A stretch of 64,000 nt of DNA. It comes from Monocercomonoides exilis PA203 (Eukaryota > Protista > Preaxostyla). The stretch lies in contig LSRY02000007.1 in the NCBI GenBank assembly GCA_001643675.2, positions 1,054,001 through 1,118,000 on the forward strand, read 5' to 3'. The notes beneath the pieces are model-generated. The model saw only the letters and a list, made by a program, of their open reading frames with translations. It searched no databases and had not been told where the DNA came from. Below, piece after piece: positions 13,206 through 22,959 of this stretch (the stretch's first letter is position 1; every line of letters starts with the position of its first letter). The position numbers and the translations under genes are program-made.

Positions 13206-14303
13206 AGAGATATGGTATATCAGCTATGGATCCATCTCGATTAGGTCAATCAATAAAATCGATTTATGAATATCTAGTGGTTGTTATCATCTTGTATAAT
13301 AAGTTGAATAGGCAATGATAATAAGATAGAGATCATGAGGAGATTGCTGATAATCTTAGGGGTTTCTCATGATTAGATATTCAGTGATGTTCTATTAAGA
13401 TGGAGTTATTGATAGGTGTAATCGAGATATATCCATAGCGGGTATACCATATCTCCAAGGAGGAGAATTAGCTAAAACATTAACTGGAAGATTAACTAAA
13501 TTTATGTTCAAGTTGGTAAATTAGTGGTGAAATTGTGTGAAAATTGGTGTTTTCGTTGATGAAATACATGAGTCAAACATGAGTCAAACATGAGTTGAAC
13601 ATGTGTCGAACGTTGATAAAATCGTTGATGTGATCATTGGTGAAATCGTAAATAAAAATAATTGATTTTGTTTTTTTGTTTTATCGTAAATGGGTCGGAA
13701 GAAGATATACGCAACTGTTGAAGAAGCGAAAGAGGCTCAACAGAAACAGATTAAACAGTTTCAGGAAAAACGAAAAGAAGAAACAAAGTATTACAACGAA
13801 CATGTAACTGAGAAACAGAAGAAGTTGATTAAGATATTGAGGAGAAAGGTTATCGAAAGTGATGAGTTGTTAGATGAGTTGATGGAAAAAGTTAGTGGTT
13901 ATTGCCTGCACAGGCTTGATAGGGCAAAATGTGTTAATTGATGAAATATAACAAGTGGTTCACGTTTGTTGTACAGTTAATTATTTCAAACAGTGTCCGC
14001 GATGACGTTATAGTTGATTGCCAACAACAATATTTTTGATTGGAAAAGTGTAAACCGGTAAACTGGACACCGGATTGTGGCAATGTCTGAGGCTCAGCGG
14101 AAGGGAAATATTGAGTTAAATCTCCGTGCTGGAAGCGTGTCCACGTGTCCAGGTGTCCAGGATAGTTTAATTTCATCTGAAAAGAGCTGCCAACATGCCA
14201 TTTCTGCCAACATGAGCAATTTACCCCTAATTTACCATGATTTTGAGGGTTATTATTTATTTTCGATTGTGTTATCATTTTGCCACATTGCCACATGACA
14301 TCG
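13206..14303 (+). repeat. Left terminal inverted repeat (~1.1 kb)
   Basis: Reverse complement of 17091-18068 (near-identical), plus a diverged outer ~120 bp matching 18135-18200 and 18628-18692. Confidence 0.92.
13690..13941 (+). CDS. Small basic 83-aa protein (MGRKKIY.T.EEAK, coiled-coil), putative DNA-binding; copy 1, inside the left TIR
   Basis: ATG-initiated ORF after an A/T-rich leader, K/E-rich helical composition, identical copy in the right TIR. Confidence 0.7.
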   Translation: MGRKKIYATVEEAKEAQQKQIKQFQEKRKEETKYYNEHVTEKQKKLIKILRRKVIESDELLDELMEKVSGYCLHRLDRAKCVN

Positions 14304-14414
14304 CTTGTGGTATATAACAGGTGGCACACATCAGTTGTATCGTCAGTTGATAAGAACAGATGTTTTGGCTGGACCAGGTTGATGGGCCAGGTCATGTGGG
14401 TGATGATGTGGTGT

Positions 14415-14527
14415 GGAAATATTGAGTTAAATCTCCGTGCTTTTTACCTGGACTGGGTGGACCGGGTGGACCGGGTCAATTATATTCTACAAAATATGTG
14501 GGCAAACGGGCAAACAGGGCAATTGGG
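14415..14527 (+). promoter_or_regulatory. Putative origin/promoter region: 27-bp direct repeat, TGGAC repeats and a G4-type motif
   Basis: GGAAATATTGAGTTAAATCTCCGTGCT at 14104-14130 and 14415-14441; GGGTGGACCGGGTGGACCGGG; GGGCAAACGGGCAAACAGGGCAATTGGG at 14500-14527. Function is inferred. Confidence 0.4.
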
Positions 14528-14662
14528 CAAAATACATTTAATGTGAAAATTCACTGTTCCCCGTCAAAGTTCGACATTAACCTCAACATCATCTTCCCCG
14601 AAATATTCGTTTCAAAAATAATTCTGTTTCAAAAAAAAATTTGTTTTTTTTTATTTTATGAA

Positions 14663-17077
14663 ATGACAAACTCCCCAACAGACACTGACAACGTAATCCA
14701 ACAACCAATTGATTCAATGGAAACAGAACAGATAACGGTGGGAGAACGAATGAAAGATCACATTATTGACTTGTTCGACTACAAGAAATACTCTGACAAG
14801 AAGCAGGGTCAACGACACACTGGAACAGCTGTCGATATCAGCAAATGCGAGGATCTCTGTGTCGTTGATGTTGATATTAACAAATCCCTTCAACCTGAAC
14901 AAACGAAAACCATCAGGAATTCCATTCTCGACAAACTCCCCCGAAACATCGGACTTGTACAAACAGCTCATGGTGGTCTTCACATTTATTGTGAGCTGTG
15001 TGGTTATCCCCTCAAATGTTCATCACAAACCAAAGTGTTCACGAGTCCAGAGAACGATATCGACATTTTTGCAGGTTTTGGGGATGGAAAACAGAGGCTT
15101 GTTGTTCAAGCTGACTCTTCATACAGAGAGATGAAAGATGGCAAGAGAATCATCACCAAATACATTTCCCTCAACAATCACAGAGAGCTCACAGATCTTT
15201 CATCACTCGAAAGTGTTCTTGACGTATTCGGTATTGACCTCAAAACAGAGAATACATCAGCGACAATTGCAGCTGAACCATACAATCTTCTCACACAAGA
15301 TGGCGTCGTTGATATGTCTCCAACTGTCGCTCTTGCTCTTATCGATGGACTCAAAGATGTTGAAATACATAACGATACAGGTTCTCTGTCACTTGATTCT
15401 GAGTTAACTCTTTTACCGTTATTTGCAGCTCTCAACTCTCTCGTCAACATTAACGGTTTCGACAACCAATTGATAGATTTTCTTTACAATCAGATCAAAG
15501 AAACAGCTGCTCTTACAGCAAATGCTATCACTCACTTTGAAGAAAAACGAAACAGGTACAGAGACAATAAGTCACATCCATTTGTTCTTCAAAAGATTGT
15601 CAAGAGATGGAATCCAACATATTACAACGATGTGATCATTCCACTCCTCAGAAAAGAGAATGAGCAAAAGGAAGAACCTCCACGAGAGATTACTGTTCAT
15701 GAAATTGATCTCAACTCATCGTTCTCATTCTCTGAAATCAGGGATAAAGCTTGTCGAAAACAATACTCCACACTGTCGGAAGTTGCCGAAGATCTCACAA
15801 AAGTTCTGAGGTTTGTTGAAACAAAGATGGAATTCATTGTGAAAGAGTTTGACATTCACACCTCTTGTTATTCAATTACATTCAAGACAAAATCAGCAAT
15901 GTACGAACTGTTCAAAACAATAAAACTCTGGCATGATGACAAAAAGACTCTCACAGTTGAGACAGCTTTCGAACAATACTCACATGTTCTATCGATCGAT
16001 GGGGTGAAGTTCTTCTCAGATAACCCTCGAATATTCTCTTTGTTCCATGGGTTCAAATACCAAATGGCAAACGAACAAAATGACGAAATCATCAAACCAT
16101 TCCTCGATTTCACACGAGAAGTTATTGCCAACAACAACGATGAACTCTTTCAATACATCCTCTGTTGGATTTCGTCAATTGTTCAAAATCCTGGTAAAAA
16201 AGCAGAAACATCACTTGTTCTCAAAGGTTTGCAAGGTATTGGAAAGAATGTCTGGACAAATGTTCTTGCTGAACTGTTGGCAGGATATTCACGTCCAAAT
16301 GTCACAGAGATTGCAGAACTGACAGGACAGTTCAACTCCATCGTCGAAGGGAAAATGCTCATCGTTCTTAACGAATTGAAGAATGTTGGAGATGATCGAA
16401 CAGCTAACGTTGACGCATTGAAGAGTATTATCACAGATTCAACAATCAGAATCAATGAGAAGAATCAGCCAAGAAGAACAGCTGAGAACGTAGCTAATTT
16501 CATATTTGTGACAAATCACACATACCCAGAAAAAATTGAGATTGGTGACAGAAGATATGTTGTTTGTGATTGTAACTCAAAATATAAGAACAATCTCACA
16601 TTCTTCAAGGATTTCACCAACTCTTTCGACAATGAATTCTATGAACAACTTTTCTGTTATTTTCTCAGCAAAGATCTCACCAATTTCAACACAAGGGCTA
16701 TTCCAACAACTGAGACAAAGGAAGATATCATTGCAGCATCACTCTCTGTCATCGATGTGTTCTGTCAGGAGCATTACAATAAACTCAAAAAAGGGTGGAG
16801 ATGTTCCGAAGCATTATGTTTCAGACCAGTTGAATACAGGAACGATCATTCATTCCAACCAGCAATTAAAGACAGATGTAAGCGCAAGAGAATGGGTGGA
16901 AGAGACGGACGAGTGTGGTGTTATAAACTTAAACCAGAGTATGAACAGCTCCTCAAACGACGAGAATATGTAGATTACATGGACTGTTCTGTGGAAATCA
17001 ACAAAACATATTCGTTTTTTTGGAAATCATTAATACACAAACTATGCAAAAAGTGTGTGCCACCAACGAATAAATAA
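14663..17077 (+). CDS. Primase-polymerase (AEP/PrimPol-type N-terminus) fused to a D5/NrS-1-like superfamily 3 helicase, 804 aa, intronless
   Basis: AEP motifs VVDVD, QTAHGGLHIY and DIDIF. SF3 motifs Walker A GLQGIGKN, Walker B LIVLNE, motif C FIFVTN and DRRY arginine finger. First in-frame ATG at 14663 within ORF 14498-17077. Confidence 0.9.
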   Translation: MTNSPTDTDNVIQQPIDSMETEQITVGERMKDHIIDLFDYKKYSDKKQGQRHTGTAVDISKCEDLCVVDVDINKSLQPEQTKTIRNSILDKLPRNIGLVQTAHGGLHIYCELCGYPLKCSSQTKVFTSPENDIDIFAGFGDGKQRLVVQADSSYREMKDGKRIITKYISLNNHRELTDLSSLESVLDVFGIDLKTENTSATIAAEPYNLLTQDGVVDMSPTVALALIDGLKDVEIHNDTGSLSLDSELTLLPLFAALNSLVNINGFDNQLIDFLYNQIKETAALTANAITHFEEKRNRYRDNKSHPFVLQKIVKRWNPTYYNDVIIPLLRKENEQKEEPPREITVHEIDLNSSFSFSEIRDKACRKQYSTLSEVAEDLTKVLRFVETKMEFIVKEFDIHTSCYSITFKTKSAMYELFKTIKLWHDDKKTLTVETAFEQYSHVLSIDGVKFFSDNPRIFSLFHGFKYQMANEQNDEIIKPFLDFTREVIANNNDELFQYILCWISSIVQNPGKKAETSLVLKGLQGIGKNVWTNVLAELLAGYSRPNVTEIAELTGQFNSIVEGKMLIVLNELKNVGDDRTANVDALKSIITDSTIRINEKNQPRRTAENVANFIFVTNHTYPEKIEIGDRRYVVCDCNSKYKNNLTFFKDFTNSFDNEFYEQLFCYFLSKDLTNFNTRAIPTTETKEDIIAASLSVIDVFCQEHYNKLKKGWRCSEALCFRPVEYRNDHSFQPAIKDRCKRKRMGGRDGRVWCYKLKPEYEQLLKRREYVDYMDCSVEINKTYSFFWKSLIHKLCKKCVPPTNK

Positions 17078-17452
17078 TGTGTACCACCGACGATATCATG
17101 TGGCAATGTGGCAAAATGATAACACAATCGAAAATAAATAATAACCCTCAAAATCATGGTAAATTAGGGGTAAATTGCTCATGTTGGCAGAAATGGCATG
17201 TTGGCAGCTCTTTTCAGATGAAATTAAACTATCCTGGACACCTGGACACGTGGACACGCTTCCAGCACGGAGATTTAACTCAATATTTCCCTTCCGCTGA
17301 GCCTCAGACATTGCCACAATCCGGTGTCCAGTTTACCGGTTTACACTTTTCCAATCAAAAATATTGTTGTTGGCAATCAACTATAACGTCATCGCGGACA
17401 CTGTTTGAAATAATTAACTGTACAACAAACGTGAACCACTTGTTATATTTCA

Positions 17453-17704
17453 TCAATTAACACATTTTGCCCTATCAAGCCTGTGCAGGCAATAACCACT
17501 AACTTTTTCCATCAACTCATCTAACAACTCATCACTTTCGATAACCTTTCTCCTCAATATCTTAATCAACTTCTTCTGTTTCTCAGTTACATGTTCGTTG
17601 TAATACTTTGTTTCTTCTTTTCGTTTTTCCTGAAACTGTTTAATCTGTTTCTGTTGAGCCTCTTTCGCTTCTTCAACAGTTGCGTATATCTTCTTCCGAC
17701 CCAT
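17453..17704 (-). CDS. Small basic 83-aa protein; copy 2, inside the right TIR
   Basis: Translation identical to 13690-13941. Confidence 0.7.
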   Translation of the reverse strand: MGRKKIYATVEEAKEAQQKQIKQFQEKRKEETKYYNEHVTEKQKKLIKILRRKVIESDELLDELMEKVSGYCLHRLDRAKCVN

Positions 17705-18200
17705 TTACGATAAAACAAAAAAACAAAATCAATTATTTTTATTTACGATTTCACCAATGATCACATCAACGATTTTATCAACGTTCGACACATGTTCAAC
17801 TCATGTTTGACTCATGTTTGACTCATGTATTTCATCAACGAAAACACCAATTTTCACACAATTTCACCACTAATTTACCAACTTGAACATAAATTTAGTT
17901 AATCTTCCAGTTAATGTTTTAGCTAATTCTCCTCCTTGGAGATATGGTATACCCGCTATGGATATATCTCGATTACACCTATCAATAACTCCATCTTAAT
18001 AGAACATCACTGAATATCTAATCATGAGAAACCCCTAAGATTATCAGCTATCTCCTCATGATCTCTATATTATTACCATCACCTATTCCAGCTTATTACA
18101 CTAAATGACTACTACCATCAGATATTCATAAAACGATCTCTATCATATAACAATTGCCTATTCAACTTATTATACAAGATGATAACAATTATTAGATATA

Positions 18201-18627
18201 CAATGAAGTTCGGTTGTAATCACATTCGATTTTGCACGATTTTTTGTGATTATTACCGAACTTGATTATAACCGAACCATCTTTTTCATTGAAAATTTTA
18301 ACTGAAATAATTTTTTATGATGAAGAAAAGTATTTTTTCAATATTTATTGAAATCCACACATTTGTTTCAATTTTTCAATTTTCAATGATTCAATGTTCT
18401 TTATTGTTAATAATAAAGCAGAAAATAACAACTTTCATTTTTTCAAAAATTTCAAAATAGACAGAAAAATACCCATTATTTTTTAAAAATTGTGATTATT
18501 CGCGATTTTGGTGTGATTATAACCGATGAAATTTCACTGAAAAAATGCTTAATTTTTTGATGCGAGAAAAAATGTGATTATTCGCGGTCTTGATTACAAC
18601 CGAGGTGATTATGACCGAGCTTCACTG
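18201..18627. mobile_element. Tc1/mariner-pogo-type MITE (427 bp) with a TA target-site duplication
   Basis: TA|CAATGAAGTTCGGTTGTAATCAC ... GTGATTATGACCGAGCTTCACTG|TA (23-bp imperfect TIR, ~19/23), internal GTGATTAT..CCGA subterminal repeats. Removing it restores alignment to the left TIR. Confidence 0.85.
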
Positions 18628-18829
18628 TACATAAATAGATAATATTGATAGACCTCATCGAGGTGGATCCATAGCGGGTTTACCATATCTCTAAAGGCAA
18701 AATGCGAAGTTGTTAAAATTTTGTATTTCTTCGAAACCCAGGCAAAGATTACCAATTGAGAAATTCATTGGTTTGCAAACATATTTGAATTCGAATTAAA
18801 TTCATATACTTGTGTTTGAAGAAATGTTT

Positions 18830-19514
18830 TTTTTTACTTTGAACATTGCAGTTAGAAGGGCAGAAATAGAAATTTGAACGAACGAATGAGCCCATGGATG
18901 AGATGAACAAAGAAGAATTCAAATTCGTTTTCATGACCGAATTGTTTGATGAAATTCAATCGAGGATTGAAAAAAGAAAATAGATTTTTATTATGCAATT
19001 TTGCTGCTAAAGCGTATTGATGTTGCATTAAACTATATAAATATAATTTTGATGACTTTGATGAATCATCATTGGGCATAATGGTTCAAAACATGATTGC
19101 TGAAGAAGAAAAGAGAAAAGAAGGAAAGAATGAAACACATTTAACTGATCTTTGTGAATGCAATATTTCTCTTACTCACGATTTCTTTCCTGAATTATCT
19201 TCGATTTGTGTGCCTTGTTTCCAAAAGTTGCGTTGAATCAAGATGATAACAAGGAGACTGAGAAAGAAGCGGAAATACCATTATCAGGTTTGACAACTTT
19301 TGAACTGAGAGAATGAAAACTCTTTTTCTTTTTGATGTTTTGGAATTTAATCTTTGTTTTTTTTTAAGTCCATTCAACAAAAACTTTATCTGAATGAAAT
19401 CAAAGAAATCATCAAATATCATCAAGATAATTTCAGTCTGACACAACTCGCCTATCAGTGTGCTTGGGACTTCTCAATCCATCGATTTTACGATGAAAAT
19501 TTGGATGATAATAT
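18830..19514 (+). pseudogene. 5' half of a degenerate helical-repeat multigene-family member, interrupted by an insertion
   Basis: Broken reading MDEMNKEEFKFVFMTELFDEI...EEEKRKEGKNETHLTDLCECNISL...ELSSICVPC...LTQLAYQCAW..FYDENLDDN with stops and frameshifts. It resumes at 23700 as IVNELHVGRE. Confidence 0.6.
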
Positions 19515-20049
19515 GTGTGGTTTTTTTTGATATCATAAAAATAGATCAAAAAATGAAATAATAAATTTAATTGTGGAACTTAAGATCATCCGAAAAATTA
19601 CGGTTTTTGATAAGAAAATGGCTTATACAATCACAACATTGTTTGCTTTATTCATAAAAATATAAAAAACATACCTTTTTACGTTTTCAGTGAAAAATGC
19701 AATTTTTGATCTTGAAAAAAATGGGAAAAAAAAAACAAAAAACTGTTAAATATTAATATCAAGTTTATCAACTTGCTAAACTATCCTTATAAATAAAAAA
19801 TACTTTAAAAGACTTAATTAAAACAGTTTGTTAAAAAGATTGTTTCAAAATAGATTTAATAACTTTTAAATTATGAAAGAAATTGGTTTTCTTCACTTAA
19901 TTTTTTTCTTCAACTGAAATATCATAACAAAACATTAGCCCTTTCTTTTCGATTCAGTTGCTTCATCAAACGTTGAATGAAATACAAGGAAATCAATAAT
20001 CGATGGATAAAACTGATTCAGTCTCGTCTTTTCTCTCTTTATTCTCTCA

Positions 20050-21990
20050 TCACTTGTCCTTTCTGCTTCCTTTTCCATCCTCTCCTAATCTTCGTTCCAT
20101 TTCTACTCCGCTACTAAAAAATCCTCCTTGTGAAAATGTCTCTGAAGTTGTTTGATTTCTCTCCATCACTTTCTGTGTCATTCTTCTCGTTGTGTTCCTC
20201 GATAACTCCAATTGCTTGTTAATCTCCTCTTGAAACAAATTTGCCTTCACACTCAGCTCATTAGCCGCTGTGTGAGCGATCAGGTGAGAAAAGGAGGAGG
20301 AGGAGGAGGAAGTGGAAGAGGAGGAAGAGGAAGAGGACGATGAAGGAGAAGCAGTAGTTGTTGAAGAAGAAGAAGAAGAAGAACGAAAATCCTTCGAAAC
20401 AAATTTATTCAAATCTTCCATGGCCATTTTCGATTCCAATTCCAAAGGCAATGCATATGACTTTTCATCTGAAGACATCAGCTTCCTCTCCACATTCGCA
20501 CTTGTCTTTCTGGCACTGGCTATTCTGTTTGAAGCAGCCACTATCGACATCTGGTCGAGTGGTTCAAGCGGATCGAGCGGGCAAAGAAGAGGAAGCGCCT
20601 ACGACAGGAATGATTGGCCAGAAACAGACGCAGCGATGGATGTGGCAGCAGGGGAGAGGGCTTCAAGAAGTGTGGAGCTGGTGGAGAAGGAAGGAGAACC
20701 AGTTGGGGAGCTGTCTGGAATCAATTTGCGGGGGCTGAGTGAAGGCGAGAAGGAGAGGAAATGCTGAAGCTGAGGTTCTCCTAAGGAATGGTTGTTCTGA
20801 TTTTCTGGAGGCATACTCAATGTGTCTGAAGGGAATAGAGGAAGTTCCCCATCGAAGTCGGATTTGAGGTGTGTGGAGTCAGAAAGCTGACCGGCGGTGA
20901 GGTAAGATGGCATAAACAGCGTGGGGAAAACTAATCAAGATAAGTAGCTGAGCACATCAGAAACCGCATCGTCGTCACGCAGCCTCACCGATTGTTCGCG
21001 GATGACTGAGTTGTAAAAGGTATCATATGCAAATCTTGTGTTGTCTGCTTCACTCCTGCTTTTGGTGTGTTCGAGTGGGAAACCAGCCAGATGGCTCTCA
21101 AATTCTGCAGTGGTGATGGCGGCTGAACGGCTGCGCTAGAGATAGCTGTGGCTGATGACGTCTGCGGGAGTGGGGCGGTGTGCGGAGGGCATGAAGGTGG
21201 TGAGGTGTATTGAAGAAGAAAAAGAGGAGGAAGAGGAAGAAGAGGAGGAGGAAGTAGAAGAAGAAGAAGATGATGATGATGAAACAACATGAGAAGCATC
21301 TTGTGTTGCAACGTTTGAATCATTCAATGCAGAAGCAGCATCAAACGAAGTCAACGTCTTTTCCAGCGAAATCGGCGCGAGTTGGGGCAGCCCAAACACT
21401 TCCACAGTGCACAGAAGATCTGGCACCCTCTCTCTGTTTGTGTGTCTGTGGTGACACAATGACAACATGGAGCTGGAAACAGCTGCAGGGATCAGAGAAA
21501 GCGTGAGTTCCTCGTAGATCGGAGGGAGAGGAGCAGAAATCAATGCAATGGCTGCGGCGGTGGGCATTTCGAGCTCGGATTCAGAGGCAGATGCAGACGC
21601 AGATCCCTGAGAAGGAGAGAGAGAAGGGAAAGAAGAACGAAAAGAAGGAGATGAAGAAGGGGAAGAGAAAGAAGAAGAAGAAGAAGAAGAAGAAGAAAAA
21701 GAAGAAGAACTTTTGGAGATGGAGGAAGGAGAAGAAGAAGAAGAAGGATGAGGAGAAAAAAAAAACAAGAAAAAGATTCGATTGAAAAAGAAGAAGAAGA
21801 AGAAGAAGCAATATTTGACTGAAGAAAATTTTGCGTATTTTTGGCCATGCGATTCATAACAGGCGTGCTTGTTGCTGAATAAACAGGTGAATTGTGAGAA
21901 GGCGAATTTTGTGTTTGCAAACCGAAAAATGAGGAAGATGGTTGATTGAATGGAGGAGGATTATCTGTAGAAGAAGAAGAAGACAAAGAA
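20050..21990 (-). pseudogene. Decayed Ser-rich host-type coding fragment inside the Pack-like element
   Basis: ORFs 21136-21768, 20599-20913 and 20050-20550 share one frame separated by in-frame TAG/TGA stops, with a frameshift at the poly-A run near 21760. Relatively GC-rich, coding-like composition. Confidence 0.6.
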
Positions 21991-22959
21991 GAAGATGCAG
22001 TTGAGAAATGCGAAAACAGTTGAACAACATTTATGATGTTGAGAATTATTTATGTTAAGTCGTTGGTAGACCAAAACGTCTCGCTTGCTGTATAAACTTC
22101 ACATTTGTTTGAAAAAATTCAATCACAAAATGTGTTACGAACAGATTGTGGAGATCAATCTTGCTGTATTTCTCCAAAGTCAAGTGACTTTCCTTTTGCG
22201 ATTTCCTCTCATTTCCCCTCAATAATAGAAAATGTTAATATCACTCAATTTCTTTTCCTTTCCTTTCCCTTCTTCCATTTAGCTCACAAAATCATCAAAA
22301 AATATCAATTCCCTTCCTTTTCTTCTCTTTCGCAGTCTCTTCCATAAAACATTCTCCTCTCATAAAAAATACCCCTCTTCCAATCGAACATTTCTCATTT
22401 TCCCTCTTCTCATCGGCTTTCACCCTCTTTTCCTTTTTTTCAAATTCCACTTCTCCAATTTGTCTCAAATATCTTCCTCACTATCCTCAGCCACTTCACT
22501 ATATATTTTCTGCATTATCTTCCTCAAATCTCCATCTGCTCCTTCCCCATCCCTTTGTCTCCAAATTTCTTTCATTCAAAAATCTCTCTTGAAAGATTAA
22601 CATTCAAAAAAACACTCAACTCCCACCCCCTGCCACAAATAATCCTCTTTCATCTCTTCTCTGCCCCATATCCCTCATGTGCCTGGTGTTGATGAGATAA
22701 ACATCAAATACTTCTTTTGGTAGTTGAGAATATTATAAAAGGAGATGATCATGACAAAAACAGAAAAAACACCTCTGGACATCCACCACAATGTGTACGG
22801 CCTGAGAAGACCCTCCAGTGAGATACACGATGTATTTCGTGGAGATGTATTTCTTGTTGCATTCAACCATTCTGAGACTGAAATGAAGAGATTGATTTAT
22901 TTTGAATGATGATGGCTGTGGAAATGAAGCTGTTTGACAAAATACAGTCGAAGGGCAGT

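Larger units (their letters stand above)
13206..18692. mobile_element. Long-TIR DNA element encoding a primase-helicase and a duplicated small basic protein (linear-replicon/transpoviron/Polinton-derivative-like)
   Basis: 13326-14303 is the near-exact reverse complement of 17091-18068 (coordinate sum 31394). Diverged homology continues outward to AGAGATATGG at 13206 and CCATATCTCT at 18692. A central intronless PrimPol-SF3 gene lies between the arms. Confidence 0.88.
17091..18692 (-). repeat. Right terminal inverted repeat, with an extra 75-bp unit and a nested MITE
   Basis: Reverse complement of the left arm. The outer part has two related ~75-bp units (from 18060 and 18135) and is interrupted by the 18201-18627 MITE. 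Confidence 0.9.

Noticed and set aside
13934-14395. 153-aa/127-aa and 73-aa ORFs mirrored in the TIRs (13934-14395 -, 17077-17460 +, 14077-14298 +, 17096-17317 -)
   Set aside because: They overlap the repeat-dense, regulatory-like block and have non-protein-like composition. Their duplication is explained by the TIR.
14498-14662. N-terminal 55-aa extension of the primase ORF from a GTG start
   Set aside because: Eukaryotic context. The segment is G4, poly-A and poly-T leader sequence; the first ATG is at 14663.
18240-18620. GTGATTAT..CCGA repeats or the TGACGT arrays as a CRISPR-like array
   Set aside because: The spacing is irregular, the units are degenerate and there are no cas genes. 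They are better explained as transposon subterminal repeats.
13200-18700. Calling the element a canonical Polinton/Maverick
   Set aside because: It has AG..CT-like ends and long TIRs, but no pPolB, integrase, packaging ATPase or capsid gene and no 6-bp TSD (TTCAAG vs AAAGGC).
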